Counted from the first letter of the stretch, positions 1 through 9,177 are shown. The stretch is 64,000 bases of DNA from an uncultured virus (IMG/VR IMGVR_UViG_3300003962_000201) (IMGVR_UViG_3300003962_000201), one strand, 5' to 3'. Notes: generated by a model from the sequence alone, not told the origin. A program made the numbers and translations.

Positions 1-537
1 AAGCAGGGGTCACGCCTCCCTAGAAGCTGGACCACTGGCCGCCAATCGAAAAGGCCCTTGACACCCCAGCCGTGGTTTGGTAAGCTCTATTCATGGTCGG
101 GGATGAAAGGGCTCCGGCCTGGATAGAAAAATAAACCGGGCAATTCCGGAAAGGCTGTAAGCGGCTTGCCGAAAGCTTATCGGGAACCTCGCGCAGGCTT
201 GACAGGGATTTACGGGCGGTTTTATAATAAATTTCCTGCTGGGCCGGAATGTATCTGCCCGGGGAGGAGGGGAGGGGTCCGCCCCGACCCGAACGCCCTC
301 CTGACGCGCGCACAAAATTTTTAAAACTTTTTCAACCCTTCCCAAACCCTTCCCAAAGCCTTTTTAATGGGTCAGGGAATACCTAAAAAAACATTTTTCA
401 AAAACCGAATTTCAAAAAAATGCGCGCAAAATTTTTTAAGAATTTTTCAGCACCCTTTCAAAACCTTGCCCTTGCGGGCGAAATCTTGTTGAAGGCCTTT
501 GGCCGGCCGCGTTTTTTTGAGAAAGATGCCAAAAGGT

Positions 538-759
538 TTAAACAGGTTGCGAAACCATTTTAAATTCCTTTATGCTATTCAACGAAAGCGCCGTGCCGGT
601 CAGGCCCCACGACCACGTCCAAACCCGCTCGGCGTAGCGGCCTATGCAAAAACCTTTTCTTCTATCATAAACGGAAGCATCTTTCAAAAAGACATCTTTC
701 CAAAAATGAATAATCAAAGTATCCAGTGAAAAAAGCGATAGAGTTTTCATTTTTTTCAT
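538..759 (-). CDS. Microprotein, C-terminal-helix family member (…LSLNSIKEFKMV-SQPV); paralogue of 764..991
   Basis: ATG at 759 (or 750). Shares FWK, RRxGFxIG, VWTW and FKMV with the neighbouring ORF. Confidence 0.7.
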   Translation of the reverse strand: MKKMKTLSLFSLDTLIIHFWKDVFLKDASVYDRRKGFCIGRYAERVWTWSWGLTGTALSLNSIKEFKMVSQPV

Positions 760-763
760 ATTT

Positions 764-991
764 TTATAAAACCATTTTAAATTGTTTAACAATCTCTTTC
801 TCGATTGGCACCCCGCCGGCTATGCCGCGACCCTTCGAAACCCACGTCCAAACCATCCTTGGGAAAATTCCAACAAGGCCTATGGAAAAGCCGCGCCTGA
901 TGTCTCCAACTCCAGGAAGGGTAACGCTCTTCCAAAAAGATAAAACCAAAATCGTCGATGACCTATCAACATAAAGTTTTAAAAATTTCAT
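764..991 (-). CDS. Microprotein, C-terminal-helix family member (…IEKEIVKQFKMVL)
   Basis: 75-aa ORF, ATGA overlap with the upstream gene, paralogous to 538..759. Confidence 0.75.
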   Translation of the reverse strand: MKFLKLYVDRSSTILVLSFWKSVTLPGVGDIRRGFSIGLVGIFPRMVWTWVSKGRGIAGGVPIEKEIVKQFKMVL

Positions 992-1371
992 CTTTTCCTT
1001 CTTCTTTTCTTTCGCTCCGAAACCATCTTAAAAAGAAAAACATCGCTTTGCGAAAATGTCGCAACCTTCAATAATGAATTAAGACTAAAATGGTGAACAA
1101 ACCCGCAATGGTTTTCAATAATAAGAGAGCGAGTTAAGAAGAATTTGCTAAATGGCTGGCAATGCCATTTAAATTGCTTCGCCAAGACAACATGAACAAC
1201 GCCATAACGTCGCTTAGTTTGATTTTGATAAAGATGAAACCTCATCATTCTTCCCCATCCCGCGCCGCCTTCGGCGAATTTTTTTGGCCATTTAAGATGA
1301 AGGCTAAAATCATTTTTCTTGTTATCAATCGAGAAAGATAAAAATCCATAAAACCTCTTCTCTTTCTTCAT
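988..1371 (-). CDS. Hypothetical protein; probable family member (…FSQSDVFLFKMV plus basic tail); true start may be 1248
   Basis: ORF track. Internal ATGATG at 1248 is preceded by a purine-rich GGATGGGGAAGA. Confidence 0.55.
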   Translation of the reverse strand: MKKEKRFYGFLSFSIDNKKNDFSLHLKWPKKFAEGGAGWGRMMRFHLYQNQTKRRYGVVHVVLAKQFKWHCQPFSKFFLTRSLIIENHCGFVHHFSLNSLLKVATFSQSDVFLFKMVSERKKRRRKR

Positions 1372-1386
1372 AAAAGATGAAATACA

Positions 1387-1755
1387 TTATTGACACCTTT
1401 CAAAATCAACACGTTCGCTGTAGTACCCGTTTGAAACGCCAAGCCAAGAAATTGTAACATAACCTTTTTGCGTTGCCAATTTATAAAAAGTCCAAGTCTG
1501 GCTTTCGATTGGAACTTCATTTGGAAGCAAGGCATCGGAGGTCGCTTCTTCTGCCATTAGAATTGGAGACCCAACCAAATCTTGCAAATCTCCATCAAGA
1601 GATTTGATTTCAACACATTCGCAACAATCTTGATGATGGAACATTCTGTATTTTTCCCCGGTATCTGTTTCAAAGACGATTTCCTCATCTCCATTCCGAG
1701 AGACATTTGTCAAAGTTTTTCCTAATAATTGTTGTATTTCCATTTTAGTTCCCAT
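1387..1755 (-). CDS. Conserved phage hypothetical protein (HxQDCCExV…WTFYKLAT…SNGYYS family)
   Basis: Recognisable motif pattern of a widespread phage small-protein family. Confidence 0.85.
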   Translation of the reverse strand: MGTKMEIQQLLGKTLTNVSRNGDEEIVFETDTGEKYRMFHHQDCCECVEIKSLDGDLQDLVGSPILMAEEATSDALLPNEVPIESQTWTFYKLATQKGYVTISWLGVSNGYYSERVDFERCQ

Positions 1756-2116
1756 TTTTTTCTATGTACTCCGCAATTTTACGATGTTCTTCCGCTGTTC
1801 CAAAACTCTTTATGGTATTTGCTTTATTTGAAATAATCTTAACATTTCCTTTAACATAACCTTTTTCTGGAACAATTCTATCCAAACTTGGCGAATTATT
1901 GCTCGGTTTTTTATCGCCAAAAAATAAATCAATTTCAAGAATAGGGCATTTTTCTGGAATTTCTAAATCATTTTTTTTAAGATTAAAAGGAATTCCTTTT
2001 TTCAAAGCTCTTCGACGAGCGCCTCTTAAAAGTTTTATAATTTTTCCGTTTATGGTTGAATTGTATTTTTTTCTGGCTTTTTTTATGTCTTCCTTTCTTT
2101 TTTCGCTTATTTCCAT
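1745..2116 (-). CDS. Phage HNH-like endonuclease
   Basis: CPIL…SPSLDRIxPxKGYVKGNVxIISxKAN motif. Confidence 0.8.
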   Translation of the reverse strand: MEISEKRKEDIKKARKKYNSTINGKIIKLLRGARRRALKKGIPFNLKKNDLEIPEKCPILEIDLFFGDKKPSNNSPSLDRIVPEKGYVKGNVKIISNKANTIKSFGTAEEHRKIAEYIEKNGN

Positions 2117-2322
2117 TCGCGGATTTTAACAGGTTTGTCAAACTCTATCAAGAACATTTTGATGCAACTTTTTGGAACCTTGCCCAAGTCAGGTCTTATT
2201 TCATTATAATCCCAAATTCTTTTATTTTTTGCCGCCCAGCCCGCAGAAAGGTATCCAAGCGCAACATTACAATGAAGAGCAATTATGTAACAAAACAGAA
2301 AATCTCTATTAAAATAAATCAT
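2107..2322 (-). CDS. Microprotein, possible divergent family member (…VPKSCIKMFLIE…)
   Basis: 71 aa, TAATG overlap with the upstream ORF. Confidence 0.6.
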   Translation of the reverse strand: MIYFNRDFLFCYIIALHCNVALGYLSAGWAAKNKRIWDYNEIRPDLGKVPKSCIKMFLIEFDKPVKIREWK

Positions 2323-2549
2323 TATAATTCCTTAAAAATTTTAACAAATTTTTTATTGAAAACTCTATCCAAAGTTATGTCGGTTGATAAAGCATTTGAA
2401 AATCCAAAATCAAAATCTTTGTATTGGAAGAGCTCTCTTGTCAAATTAATTGAAAAAAAATTTCTTTTGCTAAATGATGGATAAATCGTTTTTTTGTGAA
2501 AATCGTAAAAAATGATTGTGCCCGAAGAAAAAAGAAAAGTTACTTTCAT
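2322..2549 (-). CDS. Microprotein, C-terminal-helix family member (…FNKKFVKIFKEL)
   Basis: 75 aa, Phe-rich, overlaps at both ends. Confidence 0.75.
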   Translation of the reverse strand: MKVTFLFSSGTIIFYDFHKKTIYPSFSKRNFFSINLTRELFQYKDFDFGFSNALSTDITLDRVFNKKFVKIFKEL

Positions 2550-2716
2550 CTCTCTTCCTCGGCCAAAGATTTTTGTTTAACAAATTCTCTCTCCATCATC
2601 TCGAACGAAGGGCATTTGATAACTTCCTGAATTACTTTTTCATCCCCGTCAACCGATTGAACAACAACGCGGTACTCTCTATCATTATCATAAAAACAAT
2701 AAATGTATTTCTTCAT
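2546..2716 (-). CDS. Hypothetical 56-aa protein (not in ORF track)
   Basis: Manual translation MKKYIYCFYDNDREYRVVVQSVDG…SLAEEER*. ATGA overlaps with both neighbours. Confidence 0.7.
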   Translation of the reverse strand: MKKYIYCFYDNDREYRVVVQSVDGDEKVIQEVIKCPSFEMMEREFVKQKSLAEEER

Positions 2717-3522
2717 AAGACCTTCTTTAAGTTTGAATACAAGACATCGGCATCATTATCACTTAATCCCGACATTTGTCCATCGTTGAGTTCAACCATT
2801 ATCCAGGAATTATCCTCTTTTTGGGCAACATCAATAACATAAAATTTAGCATTATCTCCAATTTTTTGAATAATTTGCTTAACAAACTCATCATCGGGTT
2901 CTTCAATTTTTTGTCCGGCTTCTTTAATGTCTTCCATGTGCGACGACCAATAAAAACCTTTTGAAATAATTTGATTATTTGCGACAAAGAACCTCCATTC
3001 ATTTGAAATTGGAATTCCGTTGATTTCTTCTAGGTCAAATTTCTTTAACTTTTCGTATTTCCTGAAATAGATTTCTTGGGTTCCTATAAAGCTATCATCC
3101 AAAAGCCTTTCAAAAACTTTTGAAAGTTCCACTTTGTCTTTGGCAAACATGTGCGTTTTCCAGAGAAACTTTCGCGAATTTGTTTGCCCTTTAAGAACAA
3201 AAGGCCCATTTTCTCCAATCGGAATGTCTTCAGCGCGAAACCAAGTTTTAAATGTTTCGTGCTCCAAGTCTTCGTACCAATTTTTTATGTCGGCGATGTA
3301 TCCATGCTCTTTATACGAGTTTATAAGCCCGCTTCCAGCATTTTTCAAATCATTTTCCAGCTCTTTATAATAAGGGAGAACAGAGTATCTTCCAATTATA
3401 ATGTCGTTTGGTTTTGCGTCTGTTCTTTGGGAAATAACATCAAAGTATTTTGAAGCAATTTTTTTTTCTTCTTCCTCTTCTTTCCATCCGGAAGAGCGAA
3501 ATAGAATTTTGTAATTTTTCAT
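2713..3522 (-). CDS. ATP-grasp domain protein (R2K/DUF4343-like)
   Basis: PFVLKG, EWRFFV, YVIDVA, VELNDGQMSG motifs. Confidence 0.8.
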   Translation of the reverse strand: MKNYKILFRSSGWKEEEEEKKIASKYFDVISQRTDAKPNDIIIGRYSVLPYYKELENDLKNAGSGLINSYKEHGYIADIKNWYEDLEHETFKTWFRAEDIPIGENGPFVLKGQTNSRKFLWKTHMFAKDKVELSKVFERLLDDSFIGTQEIYFRKYEKLKKFDLEEINGIPISNEWRFFVANNQIISKGFYWSSHMEDIKEAGQKIEEPDDEFVKQIIQKIGDNAKFYVIDVAQKEDNSWIMVELNDGQMSGLSDNDADVLYSNLKKVL

Positions 3523-3528
3523 AAGGCA

Positions 3529-3557
3529 ACTTTAACGCATTTTGAAGAATTCGTCAA
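3529..3557 (-). promoter_or_regulatory. Sigma70-type promoter; probably a leaderless transcript
   Basis: TTGACG-17 nt-TAAAGT on the minus strand, 6 nt before ATG 3522. Confidence 0.65.
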
Positions 3558-3691
3558 GCGGTTTCCGGAATGGATTGAGAATGCCCGCCAGGCCGCCACA
3601 AATCGCTTATGGGTCATTTTGTTTTCTGTTTGAGGTCTGCTTATGGGTCCGTGCGAAAATCGATTTAAGGCGGTCTGGAGGGGCTTGAAAG

Positions 3692-3820
3692 TTATAACCC
3701 TAATTTTGACTTAATTTTTGAAACAACTGATAAAACTTTTTCTTTTTTAAGAACTTCTTTATCGCGAACAATCCACCCAACAACAACGCCAACAGCAAGA
3801 ATAACTAAATTTTCTAACAT
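3692..3820 (-). CDS. 42-aa single-pass membrane protein (not in ORF track)
   Basis: MLENLVILAVGVVVGWIVRDKEVLKKEKVLSVVSKIKSKLGL*. AGGAGG RBS with TATTTA upstream. Confidence 0.8.
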   Translation of the reverse strand: MLENLVILAVGVVVGWIVRDKEVLKKEKVLSVVSKIKSKLGL

Positions 3821-3850
3821 TTTGTTTCCTCCTGTTTTATAAATAATAAA

Positions 3851-4303
3851 TCATTTTATTTTTATTACAGCCCATCCGTAGAGCGTTTTATTGTTTGTAA
3901 AATCAAAATTGAGTTTTGCAAAAGAGGTTGAATAAAACAAATTTGCTCTTTCATCTTCAACATAATAAGCAATTTTGTTTTTATTTGGAAATTTTGCTCT
4001 AAAAGAACAAATAAGCATTTCTAAAATTTTAAATCCAATTTTTTTATTTCTATACTCTTCTTTAACATAAATGCTTATTCCAGGATGTCTTATTCCTGAA
4101 AACCCATAATTATTCATTTTATTTGTTATAATTCCCCACCCGACAATTCCTTCAAGAAATGTCTTTGCTATAACAATTTCTTCATCATCAAGAAATTCGA
4201 CAACAGAATTTAAAAAAGAATAAGGGTAAGTTCCATCATGGACGCAATTTAAATCTTTAAGTTTGTTTTTATGGTCTTTCAAATTAACAATTTTAATTTT
4301 CAT
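3851..4303 (-). CDS. GNAT-family acetyltransferase
   Basis: IYVKEEYRNKKIGFKIL acetyl-CoA motif A and ANLFY motif B. TTCATT-17-TATAAT upstream. Confidence 0.75.
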   Translation of the reverse strand: MKIKIVNLKDHKNKLKDLNCVHDGTYPYSFLNSVVEFLDDEEIVIAKTFLEGIVGWGIITNKMNNYGFSGIRHPGISIYVKEEYRNKKIGFKILEMLICSFRAKFPNKNKIAYYVEDERANLFYSTSFAKLNFDFTNNKTLYGWAVIKIK

Positions 4304-4337
4304 ACTCAACTGGATTATACTTACAATAAGAGAAAAA

Positions 4338-4544
4338 ATGAATTTATTTCTTTATCCATCTTATGTTCTTTTGCTTTATCAAAAAATTTATTCTTTTATA
4401 AAGAATGATAAATTAAATGATTGTTTGGTTTTTTCTCCGGAAACAAATGATTTTCTATTTTTTTATCAAGTTTATACCGGAAAAAAAGAAGATTTAGAAA
4501 TAACAAAACAAAACATTAGAAATTTCCTAATTACAAACAAATGA
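4338..4544 (+). CDS. Microprotein, possible divergent family member (…ITKQNIRNFLITNK)
   Basis: ATG 4338 within the track ORF; ATGA overlap with 4541. Confidence 0.5.
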   Translation: MNLFLYPSYVLLLYQKIYSFIKNDKLNDCLVFSPETNDFLFFYQVYTGKKEDLEITKQNIRNFLITNK

Positions 4545-4921
4545 AAATTGACAGCAAAAAATTAATGCAAATGATTAAAGAGGAAATAAACTCTTTGAAA
4601 GAAGAAGGGGAGATTACTCCCAATGATTTGATGTTCTCCGATGAAGATGCCGCCCAAGGGTCCGAAATCGCCAAAGAACTCATTTCAACAAAAGCTCCGT
4701 TTATACGAGTTTCAACCCATGAAGGAAAAATGATGTGGGATTTTGAAATGAAAAATCAAAATGGAAAAGTTATTTTCGTTGCGTATCAAGTTGAAACAAA
4801 AAGAAACGACCCTGTTTTTATAGATGGATTTGAGATGTTGAAAAGACTTGAACAAAACCTTGGTCTAGACAGAGGTCTCGGGAATAACCTGATCTGGAAC
4901 CCGAAAAGGAAAAATCCTTAA
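4541..4921 (+). CDS. Hypothetical protein with N-terminal MKI…L..MIKEE motif (possible internal head protein)
   Basis: ORF track. TAATTA motif 7 nt upstream. Confidence 0.75.
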   Translation: MKIDSKKLMQMIKEEINSLKEEGEITPNDLMFSDEDAAQGSEIAKELISTKAPFIRVSTHEGKMMWDFEMKNQNGKVIFVAYQVETKRNDPVFIDGFEMLKRLEQNLGLDRGLGNNLIWNPKRKNP

Positions 4922-5220
4922 TTCATCACAAACTCTCTCTGTTCTTTTGGATAAAATAGAGAGCTTTGTTCCGTAATTTTATTAACATTGTTTAAGATTT
5001 TTAAAAATTCTTTATAAAATTTTTCTTGCTCTTCTTTTGATTGTTTGTTCAGTTCGGCTTGTTTTTCTTTATAACCTTTGATAATGTTCGTCATTATTAA
5101 AATATAATTTCCAACCATTGGAAAAAACGAACAATTTTGATTATTCCCTTTAATAAGAATTTCAATAGAAATCTCAACTTCTTGTAGCGCCAAGTCGCAT
5201 TTTCGTTTATAATAGGACAT
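4918..5220 (-). CDS. Hypothetical protein
   Basis: 100-aa ORF filling the gap. Confidence 0.6.
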   Translation of the reverse strand: MSYYKRKCDLALQEVEISIEILIKGNNQNCSFFPMVGNYILIMTNIIKGYKEKQAELNKQSKEEQEKFYKEFLKILNNVNKITEQSSLFYPKEQREFVMN

Positions 5221-5232
5221 CTTTGCTTAATT

Positions 5233-5628
5233 ATGCTTAAACACTCAAAAGTATTAATAGTTATTTATTCGTTGTTTTGCATCTCCTGTTATACAACAAG
5301 AGATGCCGATAATAAACATTTTCATTTAAGGTTTTCTTTTCAAGAAAATGTTAATGCGAAAATACATAAAATAAACAACAAAATTGACTTTATAAATTCA
5401 TTTATTCCTGAAAATATAAATTCTTTGACTTATGACGACTTAAACAAAAGTAAATTATTTTTTGTCTTAAATCAAATTCCTATTATTAATTTAATAACAA
5501 ATAAAATTTACTTTCTTTTAAATTATAATTTAACACCCGAAGAAAAATTATGTTTTATAATTTCAAGTTCTTTGCAGGGTAATTCCAAACTTTTTTTAGT
5601 CTGTGAATTTATTTCACTTAAAAAATGA
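5233..5628 (+). CDS. Hypothetical protein, possibly exported or a lipoprotein
   Basis: Hydrophobic N-terminus ending in CISC. Confidence 0.45.
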   Translation: MLKHSKVLIVIYSLFCISCYTTRDADNKHFHLRFSFQENVNAKIHKINNKIDFINSFIPENINSLTYDDLNKSKLFFVLNQIPIINLITNKIYFLLNYNLTPEEKLCFIISSSLQGNSKLFLVCEFISLKK

Positions 5629-5685
5629 CGAAAAATGTGATACAATATTTTTATTAATTTGATTTATAAATAAACAAAACATCTC

Positions 5686-5714
5686 TTGACATGAAAACAA
5701 ACGACATGTACAAT
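5686..5714 (+). promoter_or_regulatory. Strong sigma70-type promoter; probably leaderless
   Basis: TTGACA-17 nt-TACAAT, 7 nt before ATG 5722. Confidence 0.8.
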
Positions 5715-5721
5715 CTAGAAC

Positions 5722-6390
5722 ATGATAAAAGACAAAAAAATAGAGACTTCTTATCAAGAAATAAAGAACGACAAGTTCAAGCTAGACAAACAAAAGTCAA
5801 AGATATTTGAACCACAAGATAATTTTGTTATAGACATAGATGAAAGTGATCTTGAAGAAGAAGTTATTACACAACAGGTAAAACCAAGTTCATTCCATAA
5901 ACGTGTTGTGGAATTTAATAATACTCTTGAACAACTTGAACAAGAAAACTTAAATGTTAAAATAGCTCAAGAAACCCAAGATGTCTTAAATGCGAAATCA
6001 CCAGAGAAAGATAAAAACCTTAAAGGAGCTTTAAGTTCTTTTACTCAAATAAAAAACTTGAACGAACAAAACCAAAATCAAATTGTTAAACAAACATTAA
6101 CAAATGTTAAATTACTTGATTTAATAGACCAAATTGAAGAAGAACTTCCTGAAAACTCCAAGGTAAAAAATAAAATACAATCTATCTCTAATACATTAAA
6201 GATAGATAATAAAAATTTAGGTCAAGCAATTTTGGTTTTTTGTCGGGAATTGCAACAACAATCAACTCTTGATTTACCTTGGAATAACCCAATCCTTCTC
6301 ATTTCAAAGCTTCTCCGCGAAAGAGAAGCAAAAGAGAAAGAAATTGCTAAACTTAAAGAAGCAATTAAAAATTTAATTAAAGAAAATTAA
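5722..6390 (+). CDS. Coiled-coil hypothetical protein
   Basis: 222-aa E/K/Q-rich ORF behind a consensus promoter. Confidence 0.75.
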   Translation: MIKDKKIETSYQEIKNDKFKLDKQKSKIFEPQDNFVIDIDESDLEEEVITQQVKPSSFHKRVVEFNNTLEQLEQENLNVKIAQETQDVLNAKSPEKDKNLKGALSSFTQIKNLNEQNQNQIVKQTLTNVKLLDLIDQIEEELPENSKVKNKIQSISNTLKIDNKNLGQAILVFCRELQQQSTLDLPWNNPILLISKLLREREAKEKEIAKLKEAIKNLIKEN

Positions 6391-7736
6391 TAACATAATG
6401 AATTGATAATCTTCATTAATTCATCTCTTAATGAAGAATTATAATTCCAATTTATAAAGTAGTGATCGCAATCAGCCATGCTCTTGTTTCCGCAATCAAT
6501 AATGTTTTTGTAATAAGAATAATTGCCTATTTCGTTGAAAACGAAAATCTCCCACAAGTTTCTGTCTATTACAGAAACAACCTCATCTTGAAGTATCGGA
6601 AAGAATGTATCTCCGGACTCATTCCCGACCATAAACAGAATTCTCTTTTCGTTATTTTTGTAAAGCAACAAAGAAATTTCTTCATTAAAGAGTTTGTATA
6701 AAGTTTCGTAATAATACTCATTTGCTCCGTTATTTAGAAACGCATAATCTTTAAAATAATCAGCATTATTGTAAAGTTCCTCTCTTGTTCCGGAATTCAA
6801 CATAACGGTGAATAAATTTGGTTGGTCTGGAAGCGGCCCGGGGGAAAATTTCGTTCCAACAAGAAGAATTGTAAATGTTAAATTTTTATTTGCTCTTGCG
6901 ACTTCCGGACAAACTCTTTCATCATAACAGGAAATCTCTTTTAAATCATTAAAAATAATGCTTAAATTGACTGCATTTGAACCAGAAGCATCTATGATAA
7001 AAACAAGATTTCCCTTTTTTTCTCCTAAATCTTCATCAATTTCTCCATCACAATCATCGTCTAATCCATTACATAACTCCTTTTGAGGTGTTATTTCTGC
7101 CATGCAGGAACTTTCTTGACCATTTTGACAGTATTTAATTCCCGGCCGACAGACGCCTATAAAATTTCCATTTTCAACACCATTACCGTTCGGGTAACCC
7201 TGGTTATAACAGATTTCAGCATTTGTTCCGCTTGAATACTCATCAATAATCCCATCACAATCATTATCTTTCCCGTCGCATGTATCGTTTGCGGTTCCTG
7301 TTTTGTATCCTTGACAAATCGGGAAAACTGCGCCGGTTTCTAAATTTCTAAAGCAATGTTTGTAAAGACCTTTTTTACATTCTCCAACGCCGTAATTTAT
7401 TTTTCTATCTCCATCAAATTCAGGACCACATGGTTCATTAAATTCAATAAAAGAATTTTTTTCTTTATCATAATCAATAATTCCATCACAATCATTATCT
7501 TTTCCGTCGCAAATGTCCGGTTGTGGTAGTTTTTCATTAAAACATTCTTCTTCCCATTTTCCTCCTTTACAAAATTGTGTTCCTGCTTTACAATCACCAA
7601 CACCATCTAAACTGGTTTCTAAATTTTTGAAACATTTTTGTGTTTCTCCGTCTAAACAGTCTTGTTTGTTGATAGTTATTGTATCATCACAAGAAATTAG
7701 AAAAAAAATAAAAAATAATGAGAAAATTTGCTTCAT
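6387..7736 (-). CDS. Lipoprotein with MopE-related Cys/Asp repeats and a C-terminal vWA domain
   Basis: Signal peptide with LISC lipobox; three C[DN]GxD[ND]DCDGxID repeats; FIIDASGS MIDAS motif. Confidence 0.8.
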   Translation of the reverse strand: MKQIFSLFFIFFLISCDDTITINKQDCLDGETQKCFKNLETSLDGVGDCKAGTQFCKGGKWEEECFNEKLPQPDICDGKDNDCDGIIDYDKEKNSFIEFNEPCGPEFDGDRKINYGVGECKKGLYKHCFRNLETGAVFPICQGYKTGTANDTCDGKDNDCDGIIDEYSSGTNAEICYNQGYPNGNGVENGNFIGVCRPGIKYCQNGQESSCMAEITPQKELCNGLDDDCDGEIDEDLGEKKGNLVFIIDASGSNAVNLSIIFNDLKEISCYDERVCPEVARANKNLTFTILLVGTKFSPGPLPDQPNLFTVMLNSGTREELYNNADYFKDYAFLNNGANEYYYETLYKLFNEEISLLLYKNNEKRILFMVGNESGDTFFPILQDEVVSVIDRNLWEIFVFNEIGNYSYYKNIIDCGNKSMADCDHYFINWNYNSSLRDELMKIINSLCY

Positions 7737-7788
7737 AATTTTAAGTATCTCAAAAAAACCCTAAACTATAAAGTGAAAAAAATAATTT

Positions 7789-8016
7789 ATGAAAATACCA
7801 AAAATGAACCGAACCAATTCTAGTGAAATTAATTCTATTGGTTATGATAATAAGAATAAATTTTTATTTGTTGAAATTAGAAAAGAAATAATTTTTTTTA
7901 AAAAAGTTGATGAAAAGATTTATGATGATTTCACAAAAGCTGAAAGTAAAATCTGGTTTCTTACGCGGGTTCTCATCCCTAGATTTGAATTCGAAGAAGT
8001 TAGAAAAATGAATTAA
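7789..8016 (+). CDS. KTSC domain protein
   Basis: SSEINSIGYD…LFVE…V..KIYDDFTKAESK pattern. Confidence 0.75.
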   Translation: MKIPKMNRTNSSEINSIGYDNKNKFLFVEIRKEIIFFKKVDEKIYDDFTKAESKIWFLTRVLIPRFEFEEVRKMN

Positions 8017-8020
8017 ATTT

Positions 8021-8323
8021 ATGAAAAACATTATAATAAGTTTGATAAAAAAATTTATTATTTTTGTTTTAATAGGCCCATCTTTACCAAAAGAAAAAAA
8101 AATCAACATTAATAAATTTCTTCAAACAATTTCAATTTTAAATAAAGAAATTGAGAAGTTACAACGACAAATTATTAATTGTGAAAGTCTTGAAGAAATT
8201 TATTTTTTGGAAGAAAAACTTTTTCATTCTACAAAAACATTTGATAAAGAATACGAAAACATTTTTCAGTCTCTTGAAAAAAAGAAAAACAAACTTCAAA
8301 TTTTAAAGAAAAGCAATCACTAA
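8021..8323 (+). CDS. Hypothetical protein
   Basis: 100-aa ORF co-oriented with its neighbours. Confidence 0.6.
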   Translation: MKNIIISLIKKFIIFVLIGPSLPKEKKININKFLQTISILNKEIEKLQRQIINCESLEEIYFLEEKLFHSTKTFDKEYENIFQSLEKKKNKLQILKKSNH

Positions 8324-8365
8324 GCAATTGCATCACAAAAAATAACAAACGAAGTCTCTTTTCCC

Positions 8366-8446
8366 TTGATTTCTCCCCAAAATGCTATACAATAAGAGGA
8401 CAAAAAATACAAAACGCTGTTGATTGTCATTGATGGCGTTTAGGAG
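8366..8446 (+). promoter_or_regulatory. Sigma70-like promoter, 5'-UTR hairpin and RBS
   Basis: TTGATT-16-TACAAT; 13-bp stem 8412-8424/8429-8441 with G.U pairs; AGGAG at 8442. Confidence 0.55.
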
Positions 8447-8451
8447 AAAAA

Positions 8452-8652
8452 ATGAATTTAACAAAGTTACAACGAAGAGCGCTCCGGCAATTAAGCAAAA
8501 AGGTTCCGGTTGGGAGCCGCGCTTCTGTTTCAACTCAAAGAAATGCTGATTTGCTGTCTTTGCGACGAATGCGAGGTTTGGCGCGATTAGGGCTTGTGTC
8601 ATTTACCCAAGATGGTGTTCGACCAACCCGGCGTGGCCGAGAAGCTGTTTAA
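8452..8652 (+). CDS. Small Arg-rich protein, probable winged-helix DNA-binding domain
   Basis: LTxLQRRAL…LARLGLV…VRPTRRGREA pattern; strong RBS. Confidence 0.65.
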   Translation: MNLTKLQRRALRQLSKKVPVGSRASVSTQRNADLLSLRRMRGLARLGLVSFTQDGVRPTRRGREAV

Positions 8653-8664
8653 TCTAGGAAAAGC

Positions 8665-9177
8665 GTGAAAACGTTACTGTTGGACAACTGCTTTCTTCCA
8701 ATTTCCCAAATTTCTTGGAAGAAGGCGGTTGTCCTTTTTTATCTAAACAAGGCTGAAATTCTTGAAGAATACGATGTGGAAATTCATTCTGCAAGAATGA
8801 AGATGAAAGTTCCTAGCGTTATTAGATTTCTATCTTCATTTAAGAAGGTGAAATCCAAGATTTCTTATTCAAGACAGAACATTTATGCGAGAGATAAAGC
8901 AAAATGTATGTACTGCTCTTGCCTTTTAACAAAAAATTCCTTTACAATTGACCATGTTAAGCCTAAATCAAAAGGAGGGAAAACAAACTGGGAAAACATC
9001 GTTGCTTGCTGCAAGCCGTGCAATGATAAAAAAGGCGGTAAAACTTGCGAAGAGGTTAAAATGTTTCCAATAAAAAAACCAACAATTCCGAATTCACTTG
9101 ACTATCGCTTTTTGCCGTTTTATAATTGGGAAGAAGAAATTCCTTTTAAATGGAAAAAGTATTTAGTTAATGAATGA
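8665..9177 (+). CDS. HNH endonuclease (McrA-like)
   Basis: IYARDKAKCMYC…TIDHVKPKSKGG…WENIVACCKPCNDKKG. Confidence 0.9.
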   Translation: MKTLLLDNCFLPISQISWKKAVVLFYLNKAEILEEYDVEIHSARMKMKVPSVIRFLSSFKKVKSKISYSRQNIYARDKAKCMYCSCLLTKNSFTIDHVKPKSKGGKTNWENIVACCKPCNDKKGGKTCEEVKMFPIKKPTIPNSLDYRFLPFYNWEEEIPFKWKKYLVNE

